Source: Sporopachydermia quercuum (Eukaryota). From it: a stretch of 64,000 nucleotides of DNA. The notes under the pieces were generated by a model. The model was not told the DNA's origin. It saw nothing but the letters and a program-made list of their open reading frames with translations, and did not search any database. The number at the start of each line of letters is the position of its first letter. The first letter of the stretch is position 1. Shown here piece by piece: positions 50,256-60,999 of this stretch. The translations under genes were made by a program, and so were the position numbers. The DNA is taken from assembly GCA_001599295.1 (NCBI GenBank), contig BCGN01000003.1, positions 558,001-622,000 of the forward strand, in the 5' to 3' direction.

Positions 50256-52919
50256 CTATATCATTGTCCTGTTCTCTCCAGAATATGTAGAATCCTGCAA
50301 TAATCCTATAGTGCTAGAATCATCTTCCTCGTATTCCTCACCGCTAGTACTGCCAAGTCTTTCCCTGACACGATCAAACATACCTTCGCCGCCTCTTATT
50401 CCAGTGTTTAAAGCTCTTCCATTGAAACCGTCTTTAATAATTCGCCATACGTCGTTCCTCGAAAGAATTCCTACAAAATTCCCTTTATCACACATCACAA
50501 CGAATCTCAATCCAAGTTTTTCAAACATACTCAATACTACTAATAAATCCATCTCAGGGGAGACGGTTAGAACGTCTATTTCCACCCAAGATCTCATATC
50601 AAATCTTTGATTTACAGGTGAAACTGTTTCAAATGCAAAAGGATCTACTTCTCCATCTGATAATAGAACACTAGCTGTTGGTACCAAATCAACAATTGTA
50701 TCGTCCCTGTGATTGTAGAGCTCTTGAGCCAATTTCAAAGCTGCCTGCAACTGGTTTCGTGATATTAAACCAATGAATTTAGTGGCCTTAACCGATGATA
50801 CTATAGGAAATGCTTCAAAATTGTTTCCTTCTAAAAGCTGCTTTAGACTTCCTATGGTGTTTTCTCCTAAAGGATTCTGTCTGTCTATAATCTCATTAGC
50901 ATTATAATTGTATATGACTACTGTTTCAGGAGCATCGGTCATTATATCACGAGCTTTCACTTCTGGTACAATCTCTGAGGACTCAACTAAATCGTTCTTC
51001 AAGAAAGGATAATCGTTAAGCTTGATCCACGCATCATAGATACTGCCGCCGCCATCAATACTATCAGCAACCCATTTCGCTATTAGAACTGCCATCATAA
51101 TAGGAAGAATGTACGTCAGTGCCCCAGTTAGTTCAAACATTATAACTACTATGGAGGCAATCATTCTTGCAGTACCACCCAGAGTAGATGCGGCCCCTAC
51201 CACAGCATAAATGCCTGGTGTTATACACGTATCGCTCTCGGCACCAGCAGGGCAGCTCCGGAATATTATAGCTCCAGGGAATGTGGCTCTCCATGATTGC
51301 ATGATAGATCCAACAGCACGGCCAAAGGTAGCTCCTACAACCATAGTTGGCATTAGAACACCCGCAGGGATGTAAGTTCCAAATGAATAAGCAGTAAGAA
51401 CAATACCTATGATCGTCACTTCTAGCAAAAGAACCACTAGTAATATCACAGGTACTTTCTGACTACATAATAAATCATACGAAGCAAAGGTTGACGGTAG
51501 ATAAGATGAAGTAGTAGTCGAACTGGGACCTGCCTGTTTACACTCTTGAAATAATGTAGTGACTAGAAATGAAGGTTCAAGTCTTGTGAGTAAGTTGGGA
51601 TAGTTAACGAATGCTGTAATAACGGCTAGTGCTAGTAATTCAAGCATCTGAAGTTTAGGATTCTTCCCGATGAACTGTTGTCTTTTCTTTTCGAAGAAAG
51701 TGTTAAGGCGAATAAATACTGCCCCGTAGATACCCCCGAAAACACCCAGTAGAATAAATGGAATAATCTCAACCGCATTCCAAGTCTCTTTGTAGCTGAC
51801 TTCAAACAAAACTGCTTTACCAGTCCTGAAAGGATCCATTGTCTGAAGAGTGAATACAGATACCATGGCACATACAAAACTATGCCACATTGTTCTGTCG
51901 ATGTAAAAGTAACAGATCTGTTCTAAAGAGAATAATACTCCACCTATAGGAGCATTGAAAGCTACAGCTATACCTGACGCGGCCACAGCTGTTAGCAGTT
52001 GACGTTTCAATGCTTCGCTTTGCCTTATAGAAGAACAGAAAGTAGAAACAAGATGGGCACAGCATCCAGCAACGTGGACTAATGGTCCTTCTTTTCCTAC
52101 CCAGATACCAGAGCCAACTACCAATGCTAAACCTAGAGATTTCACTACCAATGTCTTCAGACCCAGGAAGTCCTTTATAACCAATCCACCAACAATGGTT
52201 TTGATTTCTGAGATTCCAGAATGTCTAGCATACGGTGCCAATCTCATTGACAATAAACCAGCTGTTAATACAAACAAACTAGAAAAAATTATGTATACAA
52301 AGTAGCTGGCGATAAAACTACCTACCGTGGAATCACCAGCCATAGAGTGGCCCCAAGATTGCCAATTGGAACAAGTGTCGGAGCTCTGTTCTCCCCAGCA
52401 GCAGAAATTCTTGTTAAGGTAGAATCCATTTTTGCAGTATCCTTCACGAATATCTCCTAGCCAATGCGTAAAAATATCAATACCTGCTGCAATGATACCA
52501 ATGCCTATACCTGAGCCAATTAGTACAAACCATTGTTGANCTGAATCTAGAAGCATATCTACTCTTCCCCTTAAGCCTGGTATAGCCTCCAGTCTTCTCA
52601 TGCGAGCTCGTTCTTTGGCAAACTCCTGCAGCCAATCAATTGACGATAGGTCATTGTAGTCTGTAGTGCGCGTGGTGAACTCTGGTAGTATGGAATTCCT
52701 ATACCGTATAGATGAGGAAGTAGGGGTGTTAGTGTCAGACCCGATGTGCGTTTGACTCAGATCAGTTTGTGACTGTGAGTTTACTGCTGGCGGAGATATA
52801 ATTGGAATTTTCTTCTGCCTTAGTTGCCAGATAACCTCTCGAGAATCTATATCAGTATTTGGTTCAATTGTCCTATTGGAAGTGAAGGCCTCGTTAACAT
52901 TAGTACTGTTGCGAGACAT
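50256..52919 (-). CDS. CLC-family chloride channel/transporter with CBS domains (Gef1-related paralog)
   Basis: HSGISE, GKEGP, FNAPIGGVLFSLEQ, PAGVLMP and SIYD; C-terminal CBS pair. Confidence 0.93.
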   Translation of the reverse strand: MSRNSTNVNEAFTSNRTIEPNTDIDSREVIWQLRQKKIPIISPPAVNSQSQTDLSQTHIGSDTNTPTSSSIRYRNSILPEFTTRTTDYNDLSSIDWLQEFAKERARMRRLEAIPGLRGRVDMLLDSXQQWFVLIGSGIGIGIIAAGIDIFTHWLGDIREGYCKNGFYLNKNFCCWGEQSSDTCSNWQSWGHSMAGDSTVGSFIASYFVYIIFSSLFVLTAGLLSMRLAPYARHSGISEIKTIVGGLVIKDFLGLKTLVVKSLGLALVVGSGIWVGKEGPLVHVAGCCAHLVSTFCSSIRQSEALKRQLLTAVAASGIAVAFNAPIGGVLFSLEQICYFYIDRTMWHSFVCAMVSVFTLQTMDPFRTGKAVLFEVSYKETWNAVEIIPFILLGVFGGIYGAVFIRLNTFFEKKRQQFIGKNPKLQMLELLALAVITAFVNYPNLLTRLEPSFLVTTLFQECKQAGPSSTTTSSYLPSTFASYDLLCSQKVPVILLVVLLLEVTIIGIVLTAYSFGTYIPAGVLMPTMVVGATFGRAVGSIMQSWRATFPGAIIFRSCPAGAESDTCITPGIYAVVGAASTLGGTARMIASIVVIMFELTGALTYILPIMMAVLIAKWVADSIDGGGSIYDAWIKLNDYPFLKNDLVESSEIVPEVKARDIMTDAPETVVIYNYNANEIIDRQNPLGENTIGSLKQLLEGNNFEAFPIVSSVKATKFIGLISRNQLQAALKLAQELYNHRDDTIVDLVPTASVLLSDGEVDPFAFETVSPVNQRFDMRSWVEIDVLTVSPEMDLLVVLSMFEKLGLRFVVMCDKGNFVGILSRNDVWRIIKDGFNGRALNTGIRGGEGMFDRVRERLGSTSGEEYEEDDSSTIGLLQDSTYSGENRTMI

Positions 52920-53315
52920 CTCAGGCTCAACTAGACTGATGCGTAAGTTTGATGGTGACTAAATGCATCTAAGCTTTGTCTAACTGATCAATTATCTCAG
53001 TGAGTGCAAATAAATTTGTGACGATACTGCTAGGCTTATGCAATGTTCTTCTCATGAAATCGTATAGTATTTAGAATATATCATGTTGTATTTGTCAGAT
53101 ACCCTTTTCAGTTACTAATACCTGGCAAGAACAAATTAATGTTTGAGATGAAGTGTTGATAAATTGCGGATATTATGATTTAGTCTATCGGAAACTATGT
53201 GATGGCTAATGTTGCATAATCTCCGAACCTAATTTTGGAAACTATATTTTTCTGTATGATTTGTGTCAGTGCATTGATTCGTTTGTACATAAATTTTCCC
53301 TTCTATTTCAAATGG

Positions 53316-53343
53316 AAAAAAAAAAAAAAAAAAAAAAAAAAAA
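53316..53343. repeat. A28 tract in the divergent CLC/GLE2 promoter
   Basis: Counted directly; poly(dA:dT) is a known nucleosome-disfavouring element. Confidence 0.85.
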
Positions 53344-53604
53344 GAAAACCAGCATTCGCGGGAGTAGCATAGTATTTTATGTTGATCATCATCGTTCAGC
53401 TCACCAATAGAAAGACGCTGAATTGTTCAGAAAGAGTGGTGTGTTTTACAGTGGTAGAATTGAATTTGGTGTGAAGAATTGATTGGAGGAAGTTGTGCAC
53501 AGTTTTGGCAATTGTATATAAACAAAGTCAACAGCACCCCATTAATCAGATCAACAAGTTACTTTTGGATCTACCTTTGTTAAATCAAACAGGTTTTTAT
53601 AGTG

Positions 53605-54642
53605 ATGTCAACGGAAGGAGATATAAGTGGAGATATCACGCTGGTGAATCCTCCTAGCTATGGAATCTCATCTATTGCTTTCTCCAAGGCCCAATATGAT
53701 CACATTGCAGTTGCTTCGTGGGATAAAACTAATCGAATATATGAGATAACACCACAAGGAACATCTAATGAATTGATGAAATATGAACACAGCGCTCCAG
53801 TTCTTACTACGCATTGGAAATCTGATGGTCAACAAGTTGTCACGGGATGTGCTGATGGTACAGGCCGTGTTCTTGATCTGGCGTCAAATCAATTTTCAGA
53901 TATACTAAGACATGATGGAGGAATCAAATGTGCTCGTTATTTAAGTCATGGTAACTTTCAACATGTGGTAGTAACTGCTGGTTGGGATAAAAAAATGAAA
54001 TATTGGGATATGCGTCAAGGATCAAGCATTGCTACAATTGATCTCCCTGACAGAGCCTATTCTCTGGACTCAGTAAACGGATTATTGGTAGTAGCCACAG
54101 CAGAGAAGCATATTTGCGTGGTTAAACTTGATAATGATCCAAGCAAGTTTTTCAAGAAAACGACATCACCTCTAAAATGGCAAACCAGAGTTGTGACATG
54201 TTATCCTAGTGCTGATGGGTATGCTATTGGAAGTATCGAAGGTAGATGTGCAATTCAATATGTTGAAGATGATCAGCAAAGTCGATTTGGATTCAGTTTC
54301 AAGTGCCATCGTCAACCAAACAGCTCTAACAGGAGTGAAGTGTTTGTTTACTCTGTGAATGCCATTTCTTTCCATCCTACATATCACACATTCTCAACTG
54401 CTGGAAGTGATGGTCATTTTCAGTTTTGGGATAAGAATTATCGACATCGTCTACGTGGATTTCCCAACGTTGGTAATACAATCTCGGCCACTGATTTTAA
54501 TCATAATGGTAATTTATTTGCATATGCCGTCTCTTATGATTGGAGTAAAGGATATCAATATAATACCAGAGACTTACCGAACATTGTCAAGGTTCATGCT
54601 TTGAAAGAAGATGATGCTAAACCAAGGCCAAAGAAACGATAA
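53605..54642 (+). CDS. GLE2: mRNA export factor Gle2/Rae1 (WD40)
   Basis: SPLKWQTR, GSIEGRCAIQY, FSFKCHR, TFSTAGSDG and FAYAVSYDWSKG; an extra upstream exon cannot be excluded. Confidence 0.93.
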   Translation: MSTEGDISGDITLVNPPSYGISSIAFSKAQYDHIAVASWDKTNRIYEITPQGTSNELMKYEHSAPVLTTHWKSDGQQVVTGCADGTGRVLDLASNQFSDILRHDGGIKCARYLSHGNFQHVVVTAGWDKKMKYWDMRQGSSIATIDLPDRAYSLDSVNGLLVVATAEKHICVVKLDNDPSKFFKKTTSPLKWQTRVVTCYPSADGYAIGSIEGRCAIQYVEDDQQSRFGFSFKCHRQPNSSNRSEVFVYSVNAISFHPTYHTFSTAGSDGHFQFWDKNYRHRLRGFPNVGNTISATDFNHNGNLFAYAVSYDWSKGYQYNTRDLPNIVKVHALKEDDAKPRPKKR

Positions 54643-54780
54643 GTTACTAAAACACTCATATTGGTTACTCACCATCATTTGTAATTGTATACTACAAGAA
54701 GTAAAATATACATTATGTGATTAACGTATCTGTATTATGTGAGTTAAGGTAAATCATAATTAAAAAAAAGTTGTTAAAAA

Positions 54781-55552
54781 CTAGAATTTATCATGTTTGG
54801 CCAATCTCTTCTCAGTAGCCTTCTTCATTTCGTATTTAGTACTCTCAACAGTATCCCTAGAAGCATTATAAGCAACATTTACCTGGTTGAAAGGGTTTTC
54901 TGGTGACTTTTCGAACTCTTTTCGAAGAAGCTCCTTCATTTGATGTAAACGTAGGCCAGGGTGTTCTTCCTTGACTTCAGGTAATCTACGTTCTTCATAG
55001 GCAGCATAAGCAGCTTTGAATCTTCTTTCTGGATGTCTATCCAAATCCTTGTTGCTCTTGCTTGCACCAACAAGATCCAATGCATCTAAGGCATCATCAA
55101 TACCAGTAACATCAAGATCACTATCGCGAGAGAAACCACTCAGAGCCGAATCTAGCTTATTAGCTCTTTTAGCAGCTTGTTTCTCGGCACCTCTCTTAGG
55201 CTTCAATTGTTTCAATTCTTCTTCTTCCTGTTTCAAAAGAGCCTCTTTTTCTGCTTTCTTACGGGCTTGTTCGGCTCTCTTTTCTTCCTCTACTTGTTTC
55301 TTCTTATTGGCCTTGGCACCCTGTGACCATTCTGCTTCTTCGGCTGCTTCTAATTGAGCATTTGCTTCCTGAGCCTTCTTGTTCGCACTTTCAGCTTTTC
55401 TGGCTCTTCCTGCTTCCTATGTGAAAAGTTAGTTGGGATGTCAAGACTATTTGCTGACATATTTATCCATCTAGTATACTCTTAATGATACATTAGATAG
55501 GTCACCTTATACATACCTTCTTGGAGTTCTCACCCTTGTTCGTTTTACCCAT
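54781..55552 (-). CDS. CCDC124/Oxs1/Lso2-family protein (DUF1014), 2 exons, 223 aa
   Basis: Exons 55552-55517 and 55416-54781; intron GTATGT..ACTAAC..TAG; GENSKKEAGRARKA..EWSQGAK, DRHPERRFKAAY and FEKSPENPFNQ. Confidence 0.92.
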
Positions 55553-55884
55553 TATTATGTTTTTTCCAATTCAATGTTTTGTTGCGTCTGTTGTTATAAT
55601 ACTATATAATTATAACGTTTATGGCTAGATTTATCATAGAGTACAATATTCAATATTGAATCATTCAAAGTAAAGACATCTCACAAGGTTAATGATGGCA
55701 ATTGACAGTACTGTGTTCAATATAAACCACTGATAGGGGTACAAAGGTCTTCTGTGTATGACTCGAAGTGGGATCCAGTTCAATGTCACGAGGAGATGAA
55801 CTTTGTCGGGACAAGAAATGGAGTGATGATATCAAAATTTTCCAGTTAGCAAATGTAGAGTTTTATGAGTTGATACATATATAT

Positions 55885-55908
55885 ATTATTATTATTATTA
55901 TTATTATT
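55885..55908. repeat. (TAT/ATT)n microsatellite
   Basis: About 8 tandem units read directly. Confidence 0.8.
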
Positions 55909-56884
55909 TAGAAAGGAGAAATCAATTATTATATATTGCGAATGAGTCGATAGTTAACTTCAAATATGATCTAGCATCCAATATGTCTCTCTTATAAGAG
56001 TGAAAAGGATAACAAAAATTCAACAGTGCATATGAATCGGTAGTTGCAGGGATCATGATCGATACATTTGCGGATATTCAGGAATATAATATGTAATAAC
56101 ATATCATACCTATTCAATGTACTAGTTTCTTTCAAATCAAATAATTTATTTCTACTTTCTATCAGTTTGGAAATGGTAATTTTTGATGGCATACAGTTTC
56201 GCAACCTCCAAATTGCTACGATCGATGTCCATTCTTGTTTCTCCATCACCGGCATATGCAACTCAAAATCAATACCTTAATATGCTTTGTTTTACTTCCT
56301 CTATAGCTATCAGGATTTTATTGTAATAAAACATTCCCATCATCACCATTCTATATAATAATAATTTTTAGTCCTCTTTGTTGTTATCTCATAGCTAATA
56401 ATGTCTAAACAACTTCTCAAGCCTATCTCGTTAGGTTTCGACGGACTAGGGAGCAATACATTTCAATACCAAAATCCTCTCCGCTATTGTCAAATCGGAG
56501 ACCCGATGTCGGAAATATTAATGCAGCCTAACATACCTCTCATTGCTAACGAACCTCATTGATAAATAACATAAACGTAAGAACAAAGGTTATAATTATA
56601 TATCCAAGAGATATTCTTTATTATATGCTTCTTTATGAGAGGTATTAGATCAATTAATAAATATAATGCCTTCAGTACTTTTACTGTTGGAAACAGGGGA
56701 TTGAGTTTATTTAAAAAGCAGCTTAAGACAGAAAAAAAAAGAACTGAACTTAGATACCCACGCATTAGCTAGAACTACCATCATTGCATTATTATCAATT
56801 CTAGGTGCTACAACCAACATATACAACACTTAAGTAATAACTGACTATTTTTTGTTACTACAAATTGTTTTTTGTACCTCTAAT

Positions 56885-57784
56885 ATGTTTTCACAGGCTC
56901 AACAACGGCAAAATATATCATCAGAAGCTGACTTCGCTGCCTTAGCAGATGAAGTCTCAGAATCGTTATACGACCTAGGCCACGATATTTCTCATACAAA
57001 TAAATTACAGTCTTTACTAGGTACCAAGAGAGATAATGCTCAACTAAGAAAGTCCTTGAGAACAAAAATTAAGGATATAGAAGGAAATTTCACCACAGTC
57101 TCTCAGCAAGTATCAGAGCTCACCAACTGGGTCAGGACATTAGGGCGAAGTAGCTTTTCATCACATGGTTCATCAGATTCACCAGGTTCAGCGAATAATT
57201 ACACACAATTCAGATTTACTGAGCAGAAACTAAAGAAGGAACTTGAAAGTCTTACTAATCAATTTCATTCTTTACAAAGACTTTGCACTGAAAAGACAGC
57301 TTCAATATTAATAGCATCTCAAAACTCGGCACCAGTTTCTAATCCTGTAGATGGATCATTGCCGACAGAAGAACTGGACAATTCAGGAAATGTTCATTAC
57401 AACGATGCAGCCGAAACAACACCTTTGATTGATGGAAAGAAACAAGAACAGCAATTATATACGGAACCTCATCTAGAGCAGTCAGAGGTAGATTTCCATC
57501 AAGCCATTGCTGAAGAAAGAGAGACTGAAATCCAGGATTTACATCAAGGAGTACAGGAAATCAATGCAATTTTTAAAGATCTTGGGGTGTTTGTTCATCA
57601 ACAAGGTAATTTATTAGATACAGTGGAAGATAATATAGGTAATATAGCTGCATCTACACAGAATGCTTCAGCAGAGCTGGTGAAAGCTGACAATACTCTA
57701 AAGAAGAAAAGGAAATGTGCTCTTATCGCATTGGTTGTTTTGGTGGTGATTGTTTTAATTATNTTACTGATTCTTCTCAGTTGA
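56885..57784 (+). CDS. VAM3: Vacuolar/endosomal Qa-SNARE syntaxin (Vam3/Pep12-like)
   Basis: Habc region (LGTKRDN), acidic-dileucine-like ETTPLI (AP-3 type, favours Vam3), SNARE motif EINAIFKDLG..QQG..DTVEDNI, C-terminal TM. Confidence 0.7.
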   Translation: MFSQAQQRQNISSEADFAALADEVSESLYDLGHDISHTNKLQSLLGTKRDNAQLRKSLRTKIKDIEGNFTTVSQQVSELTNWVRTLGRSSFSSHGSSDSPGSANNYTQFRFTEQKLKKELESLTNQFHSLQRLCTEKTASILIASQNSAPVSNPVDGSLPTEELDNSGNVHYNDAAETTPLIDGKKQEQQLYTEPHLEQSEVDFHQAIAEERETEIQDLHQGVQEINAIFKDLGVFVHQQGNLLDTVEDNIGNIAASTQNASAELVKADNTLKKKRKCALIALVVLVVIVLIXLLILLS

Positions 57785-58065
57785 TGGTAATTAACTGGCT
57801 TCCAACCGAACTAACTGTATAATAATGAGATGCCATGTATCGCCAACAGAAGAAATAGATTTCCATTTACNCAGCATTTATTCACAATAGACTTTACAGC
57901 AATGTCTTACGAGTACATACAAAACAAGCCTTTGATTGATGAAATATGGATATAAACAGTTAATTGTTTCTTCAGAAAATTAGGTCTAATATCATATGCT
58001 GATATGTATAACTAATAATAACAAGAATAATTAAATACGAAGATCTATTAAACAATCTGAGAAAT

Positions 58066-59790
58066 CTAATTCTTATCTTCAACAACATCAACATGAGCTT
58101 CATGAGCCTTCACGAACCGTCCAGAAGGATCAGAATGACAACCCCAATCAGCTTTGGGAATCCATCTCATGACAGTAGAAGCAGCAGCTTTTTGAGGGAA
58201 TAGTTCATCGAACTTCAATCTGTAGAAATAAGCTTCCTTCGTAGGTGGAATATCATCTCCCCATTCATGCTTGGGGTTCGCCATTTGTTCATCTGTAATA
58301 ACTTTTTCGGCAGTATCTTTCAAACAGTCAATCCATGAATAACCAACACCATCAGAGAACTGTTCCTTTTGTCTCCATAAGATATCATCAGGTAAGTAAG
58401 GCTTTTCATTAGGTTCATCCTTAGTATCAAAAGCCTTACGAAGGATGTACTTCTCGATTCTTTCCTTAGTGATCATCTTTTCTTTAGGATCAATGTTCAT
58501 TGTCACCTCCAGAAAGTTCTTATCCAAGAATGGGACACGAGCTTCTAATCCCCAGGCCATAGTTGATTTGTTGGCTCTTAAACAATCAGATAAGTGTAAG
58601 TTCTTTACTCTCTTAACAGATTCTTCATGGAACTCTTCCTTAGAGGGAGCAGCACCAAAGTACAAATAACCACCAAATATTTCATCAGAACCTTCTCCTG
58701 ACAACACCATCTTAACACCTTGAGCTTTAATCTTTCTGGATAAAAGATACATAGGAGTAGAAGCCCTGATAGTAGTAACATCAAATGTCTCTAAGTGATA
58801 AATAACATCACTGAGAGCATCTAAACCTTCTTGTAAAGTGAATGTATGCTCGTGATGAATAGTACCAATAAACTTGGCAACCTTTCTGGCAGCGATTAAA
58901 TCAGGAGCACCTGGAAGACCAACTGCAAAAGAGTGTAATTTGTTCCAACCTCCAGAGTTTAATTTACCGCTTTCATCAATACCTGTAAGATGATGAGTCA
59001 TATCTAATTCACTGTCAGCTGAAAGAACAGCCTTAGAAGTTTCTCTGGCAGCTATTGATGCAATCAAAGATGAATCTAAACCGCCTGATAGCAGAACACC
59101 ATATGGAACTTCAGTCATAAGTCTCTTTCTAACAGCAGTTTCTAGAGTGCTTCTAATGAGCCTATAGTCACAAGGATTGGTTGGGATTTTTTCACCATCC
59201 CACCAAGAAGGCTTGAAATATCGTTCAATCTTATCGGTCTCAGAATCGTAAACATGTCCTGGAGGAAAAGCAATTATTTCATCACAATCATCAACCAAAC
59301 ATTTGAGTTCAGAAGCAAACCAAACACTTCCTGGCTTGGTAGAGGATCTACCCATATATAGAGTGGTGATACCGATAGGATCTCTGGCTGCGATGATTCT
59401 GTTCTTCTTAACGTCAAAAAGAACAAAAGCAAACATACCATCAAGCTTGTTGGGAGTATCTAATCCATACTTTTCGTATAGAGGAATAATAGGTTCACAA
59501 TCAGATAATGATTTGAACTTGTAATCCTTCAATTCGTGTCTTAACAGGACATGGTTATAAATTTCACCATTGACTGCGAGAATGATGCTTTCATCCTCGT
59601 TAGTAATGGGTTGAGCACCAGAGTCTAAACCAACAATGGCAAGTCTTTCGTGGCAAAAAATAGAATCATTCTTGATAATATTTCCACTCCAATCAGGACC
59701 ACGATGTCTGATTCTCTTCGATAGCTTTAAGGCATGGTTTTTGTATGCCTTCACATCAGGAATGTTGTAAGCAGTGAAAATTCCACACAT
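58066..59790 (-). CDS. ASN1: Asparagine synthetase (glutamine-hydrolysing)
   Basis: MCGI N-terminus, [23 protein letters not shown] and [10 protein letters not shown]. Confidence 0.97.
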   Translation of the reverse strand: MCGIFTAYNIPDVKAYKNHALKLSKRIRHRGPDWSGNIIKNDSIFCHERLAIVGLDSGAQPITNEDESIILAVNGEIYNHVLLRHELKDYKFKSLSDCEPIIPLYEKYGLDTPNKLDGMFAFVLFDVKKNRIIAARDPIGITTLYMGRSSTKPGSVWFASELKCLVDDCDEIIAFPPGHVYDSETDKIERYFKPSWWDGEKIPTNPCDYRLIRSTLETAVRKRLMTEVPYGVLLSGGLDSSLIASIAARETSKAVLSADSELDMTHHLTGIDESGKLNSGGWNKLHSFAVGLPGAPDLIAARKVAKFIGTIHHEHTFTLQEGLDALSDVIYHLETFDVTTIRASTPMYLLSRKIKAQGVKMVLSGEGSDEIFGGYLYFGAAPSKEEFHEESVKRVKNLHLSDCLRANKSTMAWGLEARVPFLDKNFLEVTMNIDPKEKMITKERIEKYILRKAFDTKDEPNEKPYLPDDILWRQKEQFSDGVGYSWIDCLKDTAEKVITDEQMANPKHEWGDDIPPTKEAYFYRLKFDELFPQKAAASTVMRWIPKADWGCHSDPSGRFVKAHEAHVDVVEDKN

Positions 59791-59824
59791 CTTGATAACG
59801 GTCTGCTATATATATGTATTCAAA

Positions 59825-60162
59825 CTAAAAATTGGTTAGTAATCTGATCCATTAACTTTCTGAATTCTTTGTTCTCCTTTGGAACTAAACTATCCAATGA
59901 GAGAGACCATCATAATCTGATGGCAAATTCCACCATTTTCTTTATAGTGTGTAGGTTGCGGTGCTGTACCCTGTTCCACTGGCCTTCGCTGTTATGGCTT
60001 TTCTATCTTCAGCAAATATTATAATACTCGAAATAAACTAGCATTTTGATTCTCGTGAATCTGCTTATATCAACTAATCTTCTCCACTCAATACTACGGG
60101 AATGCACAAATAATGAAATGAACTTCTCTCTCAATATACATCAACAAACTAAGTGAGCATAC
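59825..60162 (-). other. Probable 5'UTR intron of ASN1/2
   Basis: Perfect TACTAAC at 59841-59835 and TTTTTAG acceptor ending 59825, 35 nt before the ATG; best donor GTATGC at 60162 (less certain). Confidence 0.65.
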
Positions 60163-60346
60163 CAAATACACCGGATACAATAGTCCTATTTTGCAGTAAA
60201 TTGTTATTTAAATGCAATTAGCAAACAGCAAGCAAACAACTGATCTGAAAATAACAAATCAAGCTACGTTCATTCGTTATTCAGATCAAATCTCTTTCAA
60301 ATCAGTGAAATCACTTTATTGTTTATATTGGTTCGATAAAGAAAAA

Positions 60347-60999
60347 TGAGTAATCCTTTCTCCGAGCCTAATAATTTTCACTTGAAAAATTCAAATGGAA
60401 GCGAAGCGGTGACAAATCTATTGTTGCGTGAAAAAAGCATGGAAAACCAAGTTTAGTATATACATGTAAACCATATGCATGATCTTAAAATTAAACATAA
60501 AACTGCATTAAAGGGCACCACAACTATGTCAGAAGCTTTGTCAATCACTTGAGTAGATAAGGGAATTGGAACTAAGCTACCTAGTTTAGTGCGGCTATTG
60601 TATGAAAGTTGGTAAAGGTATAACAAGAATTGTATGGGTAGTGCGACAGTAAATCACTGCTACTGTTTGTACATTGAAGCTGATAGGTGAAAGGTGGTGA
60701 TAGGACTTGTCAACAAAATGGTCTCTCAAAGAAAGACTATTGCTAAGAATTTACCTACGAATTAGAGCTCGAATAAGGTGTTCAATATGTCAAAACTATA
60801 GTGGATTGGTAATTAAAAAAATAACAATAAAAATAAAAAAAAAAATTAGTTACTCATTATTAAAAAAATATTGAAGTAGGCGACTGCTAACAGAAAATAA
60901 TATTTTCAATCGAAGNAGATCTCGGAGAATGAAGAATAACGGGTTTAAAGACATTTAAAAAGTTCAGATTGTGTACAGTTCAAAACTAAACATGAGTCA
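60347..60999. promoter_or_regulatory. Gcn4-type sites upstream of ASN
   Basis: TGAGTAA 60347-60353, TTACTCA 60850-60856, TGAGTCA 60993-60999; ASN genes are established Gcn4 targets. Confidence 0.6.
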
